Assembly: GCA_963749495.1 (NCBI GenBank)
Contig: CAVVMW010000005.1
Span: forward strand, 32,001 to 96,000
Reading direction: 5' to 3'
From: an uncultured bacterium
Lineage (GTDB): Bacteria > Verrucomicrobiota > Verrucomicrobiia > Limisphaerales > UBA8199
DNA length: 64,000 nucleotides
Shown here: positions 42,967 to 52,959 of the stretch, in pieces
Position numbering within the stretch: position 1 is the stretch's first letter
Layout of the letters: each line of letters starts with the position of its first letter
The notes under the pieces: generated by a model
Seen by the model: only the letters and a program-made list of their open reading frames with translations
Databases searched by the model: none
Told to the model about the DNA's origin: nothing
Made by a program: the position numbers and the translations under genes

Positions 42967-43096
42967 AGCGTGAAACGTGAAACGTGAAACGTGAAACGTG
43001 CTCCGGGAGGCCCGATTTAACCGCAAAGATCGCAGAGAACACAAAGAGCCTGGAATAGAGGCATTTCTTTGCGATCTTTGCGATCTTTGCGGTTAG
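42962..43096. repeat. (CGTGAAA)n heptamers plus palindromic 9-mer element
   Basis: The array overlaps the stop codon; TAACCGCAAAGATCGCA...TGCGATCTTTGCGGTTA. Confidence 0.9.
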
Positions 43097-43196
43097 TTCT
43101 GCAACTGCCTCTTATCTTTCTGCCCCCATTTTTCTGCCTCCTTCGGCTTTCGGATTTTGTGTTTGGAACCTGGCGCGGTTGGATTAGATTGGCCGC

Positions 43197-44085
43197 ATGG
43201 CCTTAAAACGAAAAGATCTGGCTCGGCGCTATCGAATCGCCGATGAGAAGAAATTCTGCCTGAAGGACATCGAACCCTGCGGACACCTGGAAACTCAAGC
43301 CCAAGGACCACGCCCAGCAATGGCTGGAGGAGGGCGTGGAGCGGCTCTCCCGGCTGCAGGACCTGCTCTATGCCCAGAACCAGTGGGCCTTGCTCCTGAT
43401 CTTCCAGGCCATCGATGCCGCCGGCAAAGACGGCACCATCAAGCACGTCATGTCCGGCGTCAATCCCCAGGGCTGCATGGTCTTCTCGTTCAAGGCCCCG
43501 TCGAGCGAAGAGCTGAGCCATGATTTCATGTGGCGCAGCAACAAGTGCATGCCCGAGCGCGGGCGCATCGGCATCTTCAACCGCTCCTATTACGAGGAGG
43601 TCCTCGTGGTGCGCGTTCACCCGGAATTGCTCGCCCACCAGAAGTTGCCCCCCTCGCTCGTCACCAAGGACATCTGGAAAGAGCGGTTCCAGGACATCAA
43701 CGCCTTCGAGCACTACCTGACCCGCAACGGGGTGCTCATCCGCAAGTTCTTCCTCCACGTCTCGAAAAAGGAGCAGCGCCAGCGCCTCCTGGACCGCCTG
43801 GAGCAGCCCGAAAAGAATTGGAAGATTTCCCTGGCCGACGTGCAGGAGCGCCGGTGCTGGGGTGATTACATGGAGGCCTACCAGGACATGATCCGCCACA
43901 CCGCAACCGAGCGCGCCCCCTGGTATGTCGTGCCGGCCGACAACAAATGGTTCGCCCGCCTGGTCGTGGCCGAGGTCATCGTCGCTGCGCTGGAATCGCT
44001 CGACCTCAAGTACCCTGAACTGGACGAGGCCAAACGCAAGGAATTGGCATCCATCCGCAAGGCGCTGCTGAAGGGGCAAGGCTGA
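43197..44085 (+). CDS. ppk2: Polyphosphate kinase 2 family protein, apparent frameshift near 43280
   Basis: AIDAAGKDGTIKHV, VNPQG, FKAPS, IFNRSYYEEVL, KFFLHVS, PWYVVPADNKW. Confidence 0.93.
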
Positions 44086-44190
44086 AGGCTAAAGGCTAAA
44101 GGCTGAAGTGCGGAGTGAGAGCGCACGACCGATTTCTTCCAGCAGGATCGCAACGGGTTGCGACAACGCCGAAGGCGTCCTTCATACCTG

Positions 44191-44986
44191 CTACGTCGCG
44201 ATGCGGACGTTGACGTGGAGGGCGCCGGGGACGGGTTGGGTGGAGGCCACGAGGAGGTAGCCGCCGCCGCAGCCCGAGGTACATGGCGCCGGGATAGGAC
44301 CGCTGGTAGGCCCTGAGCAGGGCTGCCAAATCCAGTTTGAGCAGCGGATGGCGCAGGACGCGGGGGAGCAGGGTCTCCCAGCATTTCATGGTGAGGTTGA
44401 AGGAGCGGCCCAGCGCGGCGATGTCGCGCCGGCGGATGGCCTGGAAGCAATCGCGTCCGGACTGGCCGAGGCGCGCGATCCATCGCGGGTCGAGGTTCTT
44501 GACGCCCAGGGGGCTATAGCCCAGGGGCCGCGGCTCGACCGGGAGCAGGTGCAGGACCTTTTCGAGCCAGCGGGCGGGGCGGGGGTCGTTGAGCGACTCG
44601 ATGTGGGAGGGGAACACGCCGCCCTGGATGGCGAAGTCGTAGTCGAGCCGGTTGATGCCTGGGTAGATCAGGCCGATCATGTCCTGGGAGCCGCTGGGGT
44701 GGGCCTTGCCTTGGTTTTCGGCCTGGTAGAGCTCGATGGCCAGTTCGGCAAGCGGGCGGGCGGGCAACCGGCCTTTCCACAGCCTGGACGCCACGGCGCG
44801 GGTGCCGCTGGCGATGCCGGAGCGGTCCATGGGGCGGAAGTCGGGCTCGATTTGCACGACCACCATCGAGCCTGGGGGCTTGGGATTGTGTCGCGAGACG
44901 AAGGGCTGGTCGATCCAGCCCCCGGCCAGTTGCAGGCGGTTGGGGATGGCGCCCAGGACCTGCTGGATGGGATTGAGTTTTCTCAT
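44191..44986 (-). CDS. GHMP-kinase-like hypothetical protein, apparent frameshift near 44278
   Basis: RLQLAGGWIDQP, RSGIASGT, SGSQD, Y(S)GCGGGY after frame correction. Confidence 0.6.
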
Positions 44987-45012
44987 GAATGGGCAGATAA
45001 CGGATTGAAAAG

Positions 45013-46647
45013 TCAATCTGGAAGCCGCACCACCCTGAGCGAGTCCAGGTCGAACCAGGCCTGGCCCGAGGAGGCGCGCAGTTCGCAGATGAACTCGATC
45101 TCCTGGACGGGACGCTCGACCTGGAACCGGGCGCCGAGCAGTTGCCAGGAGGAGTCGCCGACCATGTTGCCGGCCTGGCGCAGACCGCCGCCAATCCGCA
45201 GCCCGGCGCCCTGGTGAAGGCCCGAAGGCAGGGGCTTGACCCCGCCCACGGTCGCCCGGCCTTCGAAACGGTAGCTTCCGCGCTCCAGCAGCGCGGTCGT
45301 CCGCCACGAGGCTGAGGTTCGCGGCCCGGCCACGATGTGCAGGGCGGGCACGCTCCCAGGCCCCTGGGCGCGGTCCATCCTCCCGCCCTCCGGCGCGTCC
45401 GCCGCCACCCACCCGCTCAAGCGGCCGACACCGCCGTGGAGTTCCATGAGCTTGAGTTCGGGCCGGCCCAATTGGGTCTCCAGGTCGCGCTGCCGCTGCG
45501 CGATACGGTCCTTGACCTGGAGCGCCTCCTTTTGCAAGGCCTCGAAGTCGGCCCCAGCCAGACAGGGGCGCAATTCCAGGGCAAGCTGCTCGACGCGTTG
45601 GGCCAACAGCTCGGTCCTGAAGAGGTTGGTGAAGAGGGTGCGGAAGCAGGTCTCGTAGCGGGCCTTTCCCTCCGGGGTCTCCATCACGGCCCGCGCGACC
45701 AGTCCGGACAGGAAGGGACGCCAGGGCAACTGGGCGGAGCCCAGGAGTTGGTCCATGCCGTGCGGCAAGAAGACCATCTTGCCGCTGTCCAGGTCGTGAT
45801 AGACCCTGAAATTATTCCGGGCCAGGCAATAGCCGTCGCGGTGGCCGAGCATGACTTCCATGGCCATGAAGGCCAGGAACCGTTGCGTGTCGAGGGTCTG
45901 TTCCAGGCGCGCCCAGCGCCGCGCCGGGTCGGGTTCGAGAGCGGCCTCGGCCAGGGCCTTGAGGGCGGCTCGGCCGCCTGCCGGGGCCGGGAGCGAATTG
46001 CGCTTGAGGCGCTGGTTGATGTCGTGACCGTTTTCGGGCTCGAAGAGGTCGCCGCAGACCCGCTTGAAATGGCAGGCCAGGAAATCCTCGGTGAATCCCT
46101 CTTTAAGGACGTAGAGGCCCAAGGGGCGTCCGTTGAGCACGACCAGGGCGCGCGTGACGCGGGGCGCCGGCACCCCCGCCGCTCGGAACAGCTCGCTGCC
46201 GAGCTTTTCGTTGGTGTAACTGGGGTCCTCGACTGAGTTGTTCAAGTGGATGCGGCGCAGGCCGTGGAACCTCCGGCCCTGGTCGAGACGGCAGAAATCC
46301 AGCGTCAATGCCGGCTTATCGTCCAGCGGGCGGAAGCTCCCCAACGAGCCTTTGAGATGGACGGCCACGTCCGGATAGACGTTGGTCCCTTCGAAGAGGG
46401 TGGCGGGAACGAACTGGCGCGCCTGCCGGCGCAGGCTCTCCAGGTCCTGTGCGCTGAGCTGGAGGCGCAGCCGCGGGATGGAACCGTTCGTGAACAAGTC
46501 CGCGCCAGGCAACGCCGGTCCGCTTGCCTCGGCAGCCGCGCCGCAGGCCGCGGCCGCAAGCCACACCAGGCCGCAACCGGCTCGCAGGCCCTGAAGGATG
46601 CGAGAGCCGAAAGCCGGACGAAGCAGAATCATTATTGGCAGAATCAT
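45013..46647 (-). CDS. CotH kinase family protein
   Basis: HLKGSLGSFR, KPALTLDF, LNNSVEDPSY, LGLYVLKE, HRDGY...NNF, PHGMDQ; start uncertain. Confidence 0.85.
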   Translation of the reverse strand: MILPIMILLRPAFGSRILQGLRAGCGLVWLAAAACGAAAEASGPALPGADLFTNGSIPRLRLQLSAQDLESLRRQARQFVPATLFEGTNVYPDVAVHLKGSLGSFRPLDDKPALTLDFCRLDQGRRFHGLRRIHLNNSVEDPSYTNEKLGSELFRAAGVPAPRVTRALVVLNGRPLGLYVLKEGFTEDFLACHFKRVCGDLFEPENGHDINQRLKRNSLPAPAGGRAALKALAEAALEPDPARRWARLEQTLDTQRFLAFMAMEVMLGHRDGYCLARNNFRVYHDLDSGKMVFLPHGMDQLLGSAQLPWRPFLSGLVARAVMETPEGKARYETCFRTLFTNLFRTELLAQRVEQLALELRPCLAGADFEALQKEALQVKDRIAQRQRDLETQLGRPELKLMELHGGVGRLSGWVAADAPEGGRMDRAQGPGSVPALHIVAGPRTSASWRTTALLERGSYRFEGRATVGGVKPLPSGLHQGAGLRIGGGLRQAGNMVGDSSWQLLGARFQVERPVQEIEFICELRASSGQAWFDLDSLRVVRLPD

Positions 46648-46649
46648 TT

Positions 46650-46767
46650 TTAGAGTCGTTGAATTTCAAAATGTGATGCAGACAGGTCAAGTTTGTGGCA
46701 CGGGCATCTTGCCCGTGGATGCTCGGGCAGGATGCCCGAGCCACGGTCTGAGGCCCAGCCTCGCTAG
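46650..46767. mobile_element. 118-bp CTAG-bounded MITE-like element, copy 1
   Basis: Near-identical to 48020-48137 and 50271-50388. Confidence 0.9.
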
Positions 46768-46888
46768 AAGAATTATTCTTGTGATTCCGCCAACAATGAT
46801 TCTGCGGATTTCTGATTTTGTGCTTCGGGTTTCAGATTTCAGATTTCGGATTTCCCATTGTGCCGGCGCACTTCAACCGTTGGGGCCC

Positions 46889-48144
46889 TTACTTGGAGGC
46901 GGAGCCGGCAACCGCCCTTTTCCTCACCACCGCCAGGGCATTGCAGGCGGGCCGTTCCTGGCCCTCGCTGGGGCTGTTTTTGACGGCGCCGAAGGCCCAG
47001 AGGGTTGTCGAGCCGCCGCCGTCGAAATTCATGGCCTGCTCGCAACCGATCTTGAGCATGTAGTCGGCCAGTTCCGGCAGGGTCATGCCAATCGAGACCT
47101 CCATCTGCCGGCCGTCCACCACGACCAGGAAGATGTAATCCTTGTTCCAGCCCATCGCGCTGCGCGGGTGCCGCACCTGGATGATGTCATTCCAACGCAG
47201 CACCTTGCCCTCCCGCACCAGGGCCGGACCCCCGCCAATCGCCACCTGAACGCCCGACAGATCGGGGCTGGTCTCGGTGATGAGCTTGAGCCTGGCCCCG
47301 GCAGCCAGTGGCGGCAGGCTGCGCGCCAGCCGGGGGCCGACCGACAAGACCATCGTGTCGGGCCTCAGCGGCGTGTTCCCGGCGGTCGAGACCCGGCCCA
47401 CCCGGGCCTCATAGACCTGGCCGATGCGCAAGGGCAGCCATGGGCCGTTGGTCGCAGCGGGTCGAGGCGGTACTCGACCCCGCCGGAGGCGCGCGTGGAC
47501 CTGCCCACCGCCGCCGTGTAGAGCACCACGGTGTCGTTTGTCCGGTATTGGTTCAACCCGATCTGCGTGACCTTGCCGTTGGGCCAGACGACCCGGAAGC
47601 GCGACGTGATATTGGTCATCTGCGGTTGCCCCTGGGTATCGATCCAGAACGAGGTATAGCCCGAGGGGCTGCTCACGACCTCGCCCCGGCGGATCTGCAC
47701 GTCCCGCGGGCGCCCTTCGTAACCCTTAATCTTATGATAGAAATCGCCGTTGATGGCGGCGACGACCTGGCCCAAGTCCGGCGGCAAGGTCTTGAGCTGC
47801 TCGGAGACGAGGTCCATGCCCAGAGCGTCCGCTTTGCCGAAGGTGGTGCAAAACCGCACGTCTGAAGCCGAGCGGCTGACCTTGATGATGTGGCAGGACA
47901 TCGGCGCCCTGGGGTCAACGTCGTTGGTGTAGAGCACGGAACCGTCCTGGGGGGAAGGCGGGCTGGCGGCGGCGGCGAGCCGTGCCCCGGCCAAGAGCAG
48001 AATGAGGGTGCGCCAGAATCCAAAGTCCTTGAATTTCAAAACGTGATGCAGACAGGTCAAGTTTGTGGCACGGGCATCCTGCCCGTGGGGGCTTGGGCAG
48101 GATGCCCGAGCCACGGTCTGAGGCCCTGCCTTGCTAGATTTCAT
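46889..48144 (-). CDS. Phosphodiester glycosidase (NAGPA-like) family protein, apparent frameshift near 47450
   Basis: AAINGDFY, IGGGPALV, RHPRSAMG, VVDGRQ, NFDGGGST. Confidence 0.88.
48020..48137. mobile_element. 118-bp MITE-like element, copy 2, in frame inside a CDS 5' end
   Basis: Begins 7 nt into the CDS whose ATG is at 48144; net 114 nt; no stop in that frame. Confidence 0.88.
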
Positions 48145-49565
48145 TTGGCAGCTTTCTTCAGGACCACCAGTGAGTTAGCGATGGGCCGCTCGCGGCCGTC
48201 GCAGGGGCTGTTGCGCACCTGGCCATCGCACCAGAGGGTGGCGGAGCCGCCACCATCCAGGTTGAGCACGTTATCGCAACCCAGCTTGACCATGAACCTG
48301 GAAAGCTCCTCGAGCGTCATCCCGACCGAGAGGTCGCGCTGGCGTCCATCGACCTCGATGAGGAAGAAGAACTGCTGGCTCCAGCCCAAGGCGGTGCGGG
48401 GGTGCCGCTCGATCATCGAGGAGAGCTCATAAGAGTCGGTAGGCGAGGCCTTGAGGGGCTGCCGTTTGCCGTCCTGGACCAACACCGGGCCGCCGCTCAG
48501 GGCGGTGCGCACGCCCAGCAATCGGGGCGCCGAGGCAGTCGAGAGGTGCAACACGGCCCCCGAGGTGAGCTTCGGGACCTTGTCCATGATGGCCGGGCCC
48601 AGGGAGAGCACCAGGAGGTCCGGGGCCAGGGGGGTGTTGCCGCCGGGCCGGATTTCACGCACGCGGGCCGGGTAGGTCCGCCCGATGCGCAGCGGCAGCC
48701 ACGGCTCCCGCCCCTGCCGCTCCAGGACCAGTTCCCGCCCGCCGCTGGTGTGCGTCGAGGCCCCGATGGCCGGCGTGTAGAGTTCGACCGAATCGGGCCG
48801 GCGCTCCCCGTTCAACCGGAACGGCGTGGCTGTTCCATCGGGCCAGGTGACCTGGAATCCCGAGACCACCCTGGCCACATGCGGTTCGCCCAGGACATCC
48901 AGCCAGAAGGCGGGTCCGCCCGAGGGCGCGCTGAGCAGTTCGCCTTCGACGATTTGCAAGCCGCGCGGAGCGCCTGCATAGGCCTTGTCCCGGAGATAGA
49001 AATCGCCATTGATGGCGGCCGCCGGCAGGCCAATTGATGGTGAGCATCGGGCCAACTGGGCGCTGAGTTTCTCCAGGCCCAGGGCATGCCCTCCTGCGTG
49101 CATCGAGTGCAGCTCGTATTGCGAATTGGCGCGCGGCACCCGGACCACGTGGATTGACCAGAGCGGGTTGCCCACCCGGTAGTTGGTGTAGAGCAGCCCG
49201 GGGAGCGGAACTGTTGCGCTCTGCGCCGCGCAGGCCTGCACCCACGCCGACGCAGCCAGTAATGCAATAGAAACGTGAACCGTGAACCGTGAACCGTGAA
49301 CCGTGAAACGTGAACCCTGAACGCTGAACCCTGAACGCTGAACCCTGAACCGTGAAATGAAAGCGAGCACGTGGCCCCAGGCCGACGCGGCGAGCACTGC
49401 CGGAGCCCGGCCCAGGAGCGCGGACATGCTTGTCCGCCTCGGGCGGCCTGCCAAACCCGTCGGACAAGAATGTCCTCGTTCCGATTCCGGGGCCGGGGCA
49501 GAGAGGTGGCCAATCCCCCGCCTCGCCCCGAATATGGCTGCAAACATAGCCTGTGCTCTTATCAC
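48141..49565 (-). CDS. Phosphodiester glycosidase (NAGPA-like) paralogue
   Basis: AAINGDFY, SGGPVLV, RHPRTALG, EVDGRQ, NLDGGGSA; repeat-laden N-terminus, start uncertain. Confidence 0.88.
   Translation of the reverse strand: MIRAQAMFAAIFGARRGIGHLSAPAPESERGHSCPTGLAGRPRRTSMSALLGRAPAVLAASAWGHVLAFISRFRVQRSGFSVQGSRFTVHGSRFTVHVSIALLAASAWVQACAAQSATVPLPGLLYTNYRVGNPLWSIHVVRVPRANSQYELHSMHAGGHALGLEKLSAQLARCSPSIGLPAAAINGDFYLRDKAYAGAPRGLQIVEGELLSAPSGGPAFWLDVLGEPHVARVVSGFQVTWPDGTATPFRLNGERRPDSVELYTPAIGASTHTSGGRELVLERQGREPWLPLRIGRTYPARVREIRPGGNTPLAPDLLVLSLGPAIMDKVPKLTSGAVLHLSTASAPRLLGVRTALSGGPVLVQDGKRQPLKASPTDSYELSSMIERHPRTALGWSQQFFFLIEVDGRQRDLSVGMTLEELSRFMVKLGCDNVLNLDGGGSATLWCDGQVRNSPCDGRERPIANSLVVLKKAAK
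49271..49357. repeat. Heptamer array (CGTGAAC/CCTGAAC/GCTGAAC)n
   Basis: About 12 units, inside the ORF. Confidence 0.95.
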
Positions 49566-49643
49566 GCCGGGCGCCCCCCTTCAATAGTAAAGTCGCCTAA
49601 AATCGCCTACGGGCGCATTTCACTTTCTTGGGTAGCCTCTGCT

Positions 49644-49902
49644 AATCCCGAAGGGATAGAATCACTCAGCCCAGGGTTGCGCGGCACGCGCTACCCTGGG
49701 ACCCGGCCACCCAAATGCCCGGGCTACCCTGAAAGGGTTTCATCGCCAGCGCTCAACCGTCCTCGATCCCGGCCGTGTCGCTCGTCGGATGCGGTACACG
49801 CGAGCCCGATGCGACCCTTTCAGGGTCGCGGCTCGAGTTGGCTGGGTTGACCCAGGGTAGCGCGTTCAACCCTGGGCTGAATGAATACCATCCCTTTGGG
49901 AC
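49644..49902. repeat. REP/REPIN-like hairpin cluster
   Basis: ATCCCGAAGGGAT, CCCAGGGT...ACCCTGGG, ACCCTGAAAGGGT and inverted counterparts. Confidence 0.8.
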
Positions 49903-50060
49903 GGCTGTTATGACTCACGCCGTTGGCGTCTCAAACTGCCCCGCACTGTTCAGTTTCACCCTGCCGCGTGTGACGCCGGAAGCTCAGTGCCCGAACCGGG
50001 TGTGGGACAAGATTCTTCGGATCGGCGGGCCTCTGTTCACCGCGGAGCGGTGTCCTGATG

Positions 50061-50251
50061 GTAGCCGGGTGGCTTTAGCCCCCGGTCAAGGTGCCGGAGA
50101 AGTCCCGGCGTCGCGTAGCGACGCGTGAGACGGCCTGCGGCCCCGAGGGCCTGGGCGGCTCAGGCGTCGCTACGCGACGCGACCCTCTGGCTAAAACCCC
50201 TTTCCGTGGGCTGAAGCCACACGGCTACCTTCGTATCATCGCTACGCGATG
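50061..50251. repeat. REPIN-like element (GTAGCC...GGCTAC with CGTCGCGTAGCGACG hairpins)
   Basis: Nested inverted repeats; related element at 53380-53591. Confidence 0.8.
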
Positions 50252-50270
50252 AGCAGAGCCGGACCAGTGT

Positions 50271-50388
50271 CTAGAGTCCTTGAATTTCAAAACGTGATGC
50301 AGACAGGTCAAGTTTGTGGCACGGGCATCCTGCCCGTGAGGGCTTGGGCAGGATGCCCGAGCCAGGGTCTGAGGCCCGGCCTCGCTAG
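50271..50388. mobile_element. 118-bp MITE-like element, copy 3
   Basis: CTAG at both ends. Confidence 0.9.
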
Positions 50389-50466
50389 CTGTCTAGGCAC
50401 GCGCCTTCAGCCTTCAGCCTTTAGCCTTTAGCCTTTAGAGAACGACAGCCCCCACCCACCCAACCC

Positions 50467-52959
50467 TCAGGGTGTGCTTGTGCGATAAAAGCGCCAAGGA
50501 AACCGGCTGGTCGCGGAATCCCGGAATATGAGTGGGGCGTTGGTGGTTTTGTTGGTCAGGACCGCGACCCAATCGGTCAGGTTGGTCGAGGCCTGGATCA
50601 CCAGCCCTGGGCTGAGACCTGCGCTCACCTGGAGCGCGAACAGGCCGTTGGTCAATGGCAGGGCCAGCAACTGGGGTTGCTGGGACAAAACGACCAGGTT
50701 CGCCGCAGGGCTGAGCACCAGGCCGCTCGGCGTCTGGATAGCCAGGCGATATAGGCCGGCGTCAGCCAAACCGGCGCTGGCAACCACGAGCGTCGGGTTG
50801 GTCTGTCCTGCGATGTCAGCGCCATTCAACTGCCACTGGGAGCCGAGGGCATTGGTGACCTGGCCGGTCACGGACAGGGTCACGCTCGTTCCCGGCAACA
50901 CGGTCCGCTTGCGCCAGGGGACAGTCAGCGCCGGTTCAGTGATGGTCAGAGACTGCTTCGGCGCCAAATCATACATCTCCTGCGCGATACCCGAGGGCCA
51001 CTCGATGCGCACGGTGTCAATGTTCGTCGCATCGCCCAGCCCAAAATGCGCCAGCAACGGCTGCGTATTGCCTTTGCCGGCGCCGCCGAAAATCTCGCGC
51101 AACTGCCACCGGCTCGAGCCCCGGTAAAATGCCTTGACCCGCACCTTGGCCCCAATCCCCGCGCGGTTGGAGACCCTGCCAACGCATTCTACCTTGACCC
51201 AGCCGTTGCTGTTGCCGTTGTTCCGGTAGAGGACGTTGTTCCCGCTGCCGTTCGCCACAAAGAGGTCCAGGAAGCCGTCATTGTCATAATCCGCCCAGCC
51301 ACAGCAAAGGAAGAGGCCCACGTCGCTGGTCAGGCTGCCGAGGCTGACGGCAGCGAAGGTCCCGTCCCCGTTGTTGTGGTACAGGGCGTTCGGGGTCTGG
51401 CTGCTACTGCCATTGTTGATGACAAACAAGTCCAGGAAACCGTCGTTGTCGTAATCCCCCCAGGAGCAGCCGGTCGAAATCAGGGCCGTCATGACCGGAG
51501 GGCCCTGGGTCACTTGCGTGAACCTTCCGTTCCCCTCATTATGGTAGAGGCAGTTCTTGTTGGGTCCGCCGGCCGAGTTGGAGACGAACAGGTCCGGGAG
51601 GCCGTCGTTGTCATAGTCGCCCCAGGCGCAACTGCCGGTCCCGACCTGTCCATTGTTGAACGGAGTGCCCGTGATTCGGGTGAAAGACCCGTCCCCGTTG
51701 TTGTGGTAAAGCAGGCCCCCACCCGGGTACGCCGCGACATACAAGTCGGCGTAACCGTCATTGTCGTAGTCGGCCCACGCGGCGCCGTTCACGCCATAAC
51801 CCGCGCTCTTGAGTCCAGCGCCGGGGGCCGGGCTAAAGGTGCCGTCCCCGTTGTTTTGGAACAAGACGGAGCCCTGGGTGCCCGTGGTGTCGCTGACGAA
51901 CATGTCGAGCCAGCCATCGTTGTTATAGTCCACCCAATTGAGGCCCCCAGGATAGGGAACGAGCCCATGAATCAAATTTGATACTTGCGTGACGTTCGTA
52001 AACGCGCCCTCCCCATTGTTCCTACCCAGCGCCACCGCGCAGGCCTGGACGGTGGCCGCGTACTCCCCGAGCAAGAGATCGAGGCAGCCGTCGTTATCGA
52101 AGTCCCCGAGAGCTGCCGCGTAGGGGTCCCCCGGGTTGGCCGCCACGGGGGCGAGGCCCGTATCCGCCGTTTTACTGAAGGTGCCATCGCGGTTGTTATG
52201 GAAGATCAGCGGCGGGGAACCCGGCGTCAGGACCACCAGGTCCAGGTAGCCGTCATTGTCCAGGTCGCCCCACGCTGCCCCCCAAGAGTTGCCACCACTC
52301 ACCACGTCACCGGTGGTGATCTTGGTGAAGGCGGCGTCAACCTGGAGCGTGGCGACGCGGCTGGTGACCGCGCCGGCGAAGTTGGTCACCACCACCGTAT
52401 AGGAGGCCCCGGCGTCGGCCATTTGCGCGTTGGTCAGGACCAGCGCGTTCTTGGTCTGGCCGGGCAGGGCAGCCCCATTAAGGAACCACTGATAAGCTGG
52501 CGCCGGGAAGGCCGATGCCGCCACCCGATTCGTGAAGTTAGCGCCCAGGCTCACTGAGACACTGCTGGGCTGGCTGGTGATGCGAGGCAGCGTGGCGACC
52601 CAGAGCTGAACCACTTGGCTGGTGATCGCGCCGTCGGTGTTGGTGACCACCACGCGGTAGTCCCCTTCGTCGGTGCCTTGTAAGTTGGTCAGGACCAGGG
52701 TTGCGTTGGTGCAATCCGCGAGGTCAGAGAAGTCCAGCGAGCCGGCGTCCGTCTGCCACTGGTAGGCCAGGGGCGGGGTGCCGGTTGCCAGGACGGCGAA
52801 CGTTGCGGTCGTGCCGGCGACGTTCGTGCAGGACTGCGGCTGTTGGGTGATGATGGGCTGGCCCAGGGCAGGGCCGACCCCGGCCAGGAAAAGCCCAAGT
52901 GCGAGCCACGGGTGAAGGGCCCCTTCCCAGGGCGCTTTCTGCGCTGGATTCCAGGGCAC
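50467..52959 (-). CDS. Secreted Ig-domain + FG-GAP/CRTAC1-like + ASPIC/UnbV protein
   Basis: PIITQQP Ig repeats; multiple WGDYDNDGxLDL; SNRAGIGAKV...HFGLG...IEWPSG; C-terminal ASTNLTDW...FYR; true start may be the ATG at 53003 via a frameshift. Confidence 0.9.
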   Translation of the reverse strand: MPWNPAQKAPWEGALHPWLALGLFLAGVGPALGQPIITQQPQSCTNVAGTTATFAVLATGTPPLAYQWQTDAGSLDFSDLADCTNATLVLTNLQGTDEGDYRVVVTNTDGAITSQVVQLWVATLPRITSQPSSVSVSLGANFTNRVAASAFPAPAYQWFLNGAALPGQTKNALVLTNAQMADAGASYTVVVTNFAGAVTSRVATLQVDAAFTKITTGDVVSGGNSWGAAWGDLDNDGYLDLVVLTPGSPPLIFHNNRDGTFSKTADTGLAPVAANPGDPYAAALGDFDNDGCLDLLLGEYAATVQACAVALGRNNGEGAFTNVTQVSNLIHGLVPYPGGLNWVDYNNDGWLDMFVSDTTGTQGSVLFQNNGDGTFSPAPGAGLKSAGYGVNGAAWADYDNDGYADLYVAAYPGGGLLYHNNGDGSFTRITGTPFNNGQVGTGSCAWGDYDNDGLPDLFVSNSAGGPNKNCLYHNEGNGRFTQVTQGPPVMTALISTGCSWGDYDNDGFLDLFVINNGSSSQTPNALYHNNGDGTFAAVSLGSLTSDVGLFLCCGWADYDNDGFLDLFVANGSGNNVLYRNNGNSNGWVKVECVGRVSNRAGIGAKVRVKAFYRGSSRWQLREIFGGAGKGNTQPLLAHFGLGDATNIDTVRIEWPSGIAQEMYDLAPKQSLTITEPALTVPWRKRTVLPGTSVTLSVTGQVTNALGSQWQLNGADIAGQTNPTLVVASAGLADAGLYRLAIQTPSGLVLSPAANLVVLSQQPQLLALPLTNGLFALQVSAGLSPGLVIQASTNLTDWVAVLTNKTTNAPLIFRDSATSRFPWRFYRTSTP

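Noticed and set aside
32577..44986. True pseudogenes or programmed frameshifts in core genes
   Set aside because: One indel each, no accumulated stops and no shared slippery motif; sequencing error is more likely
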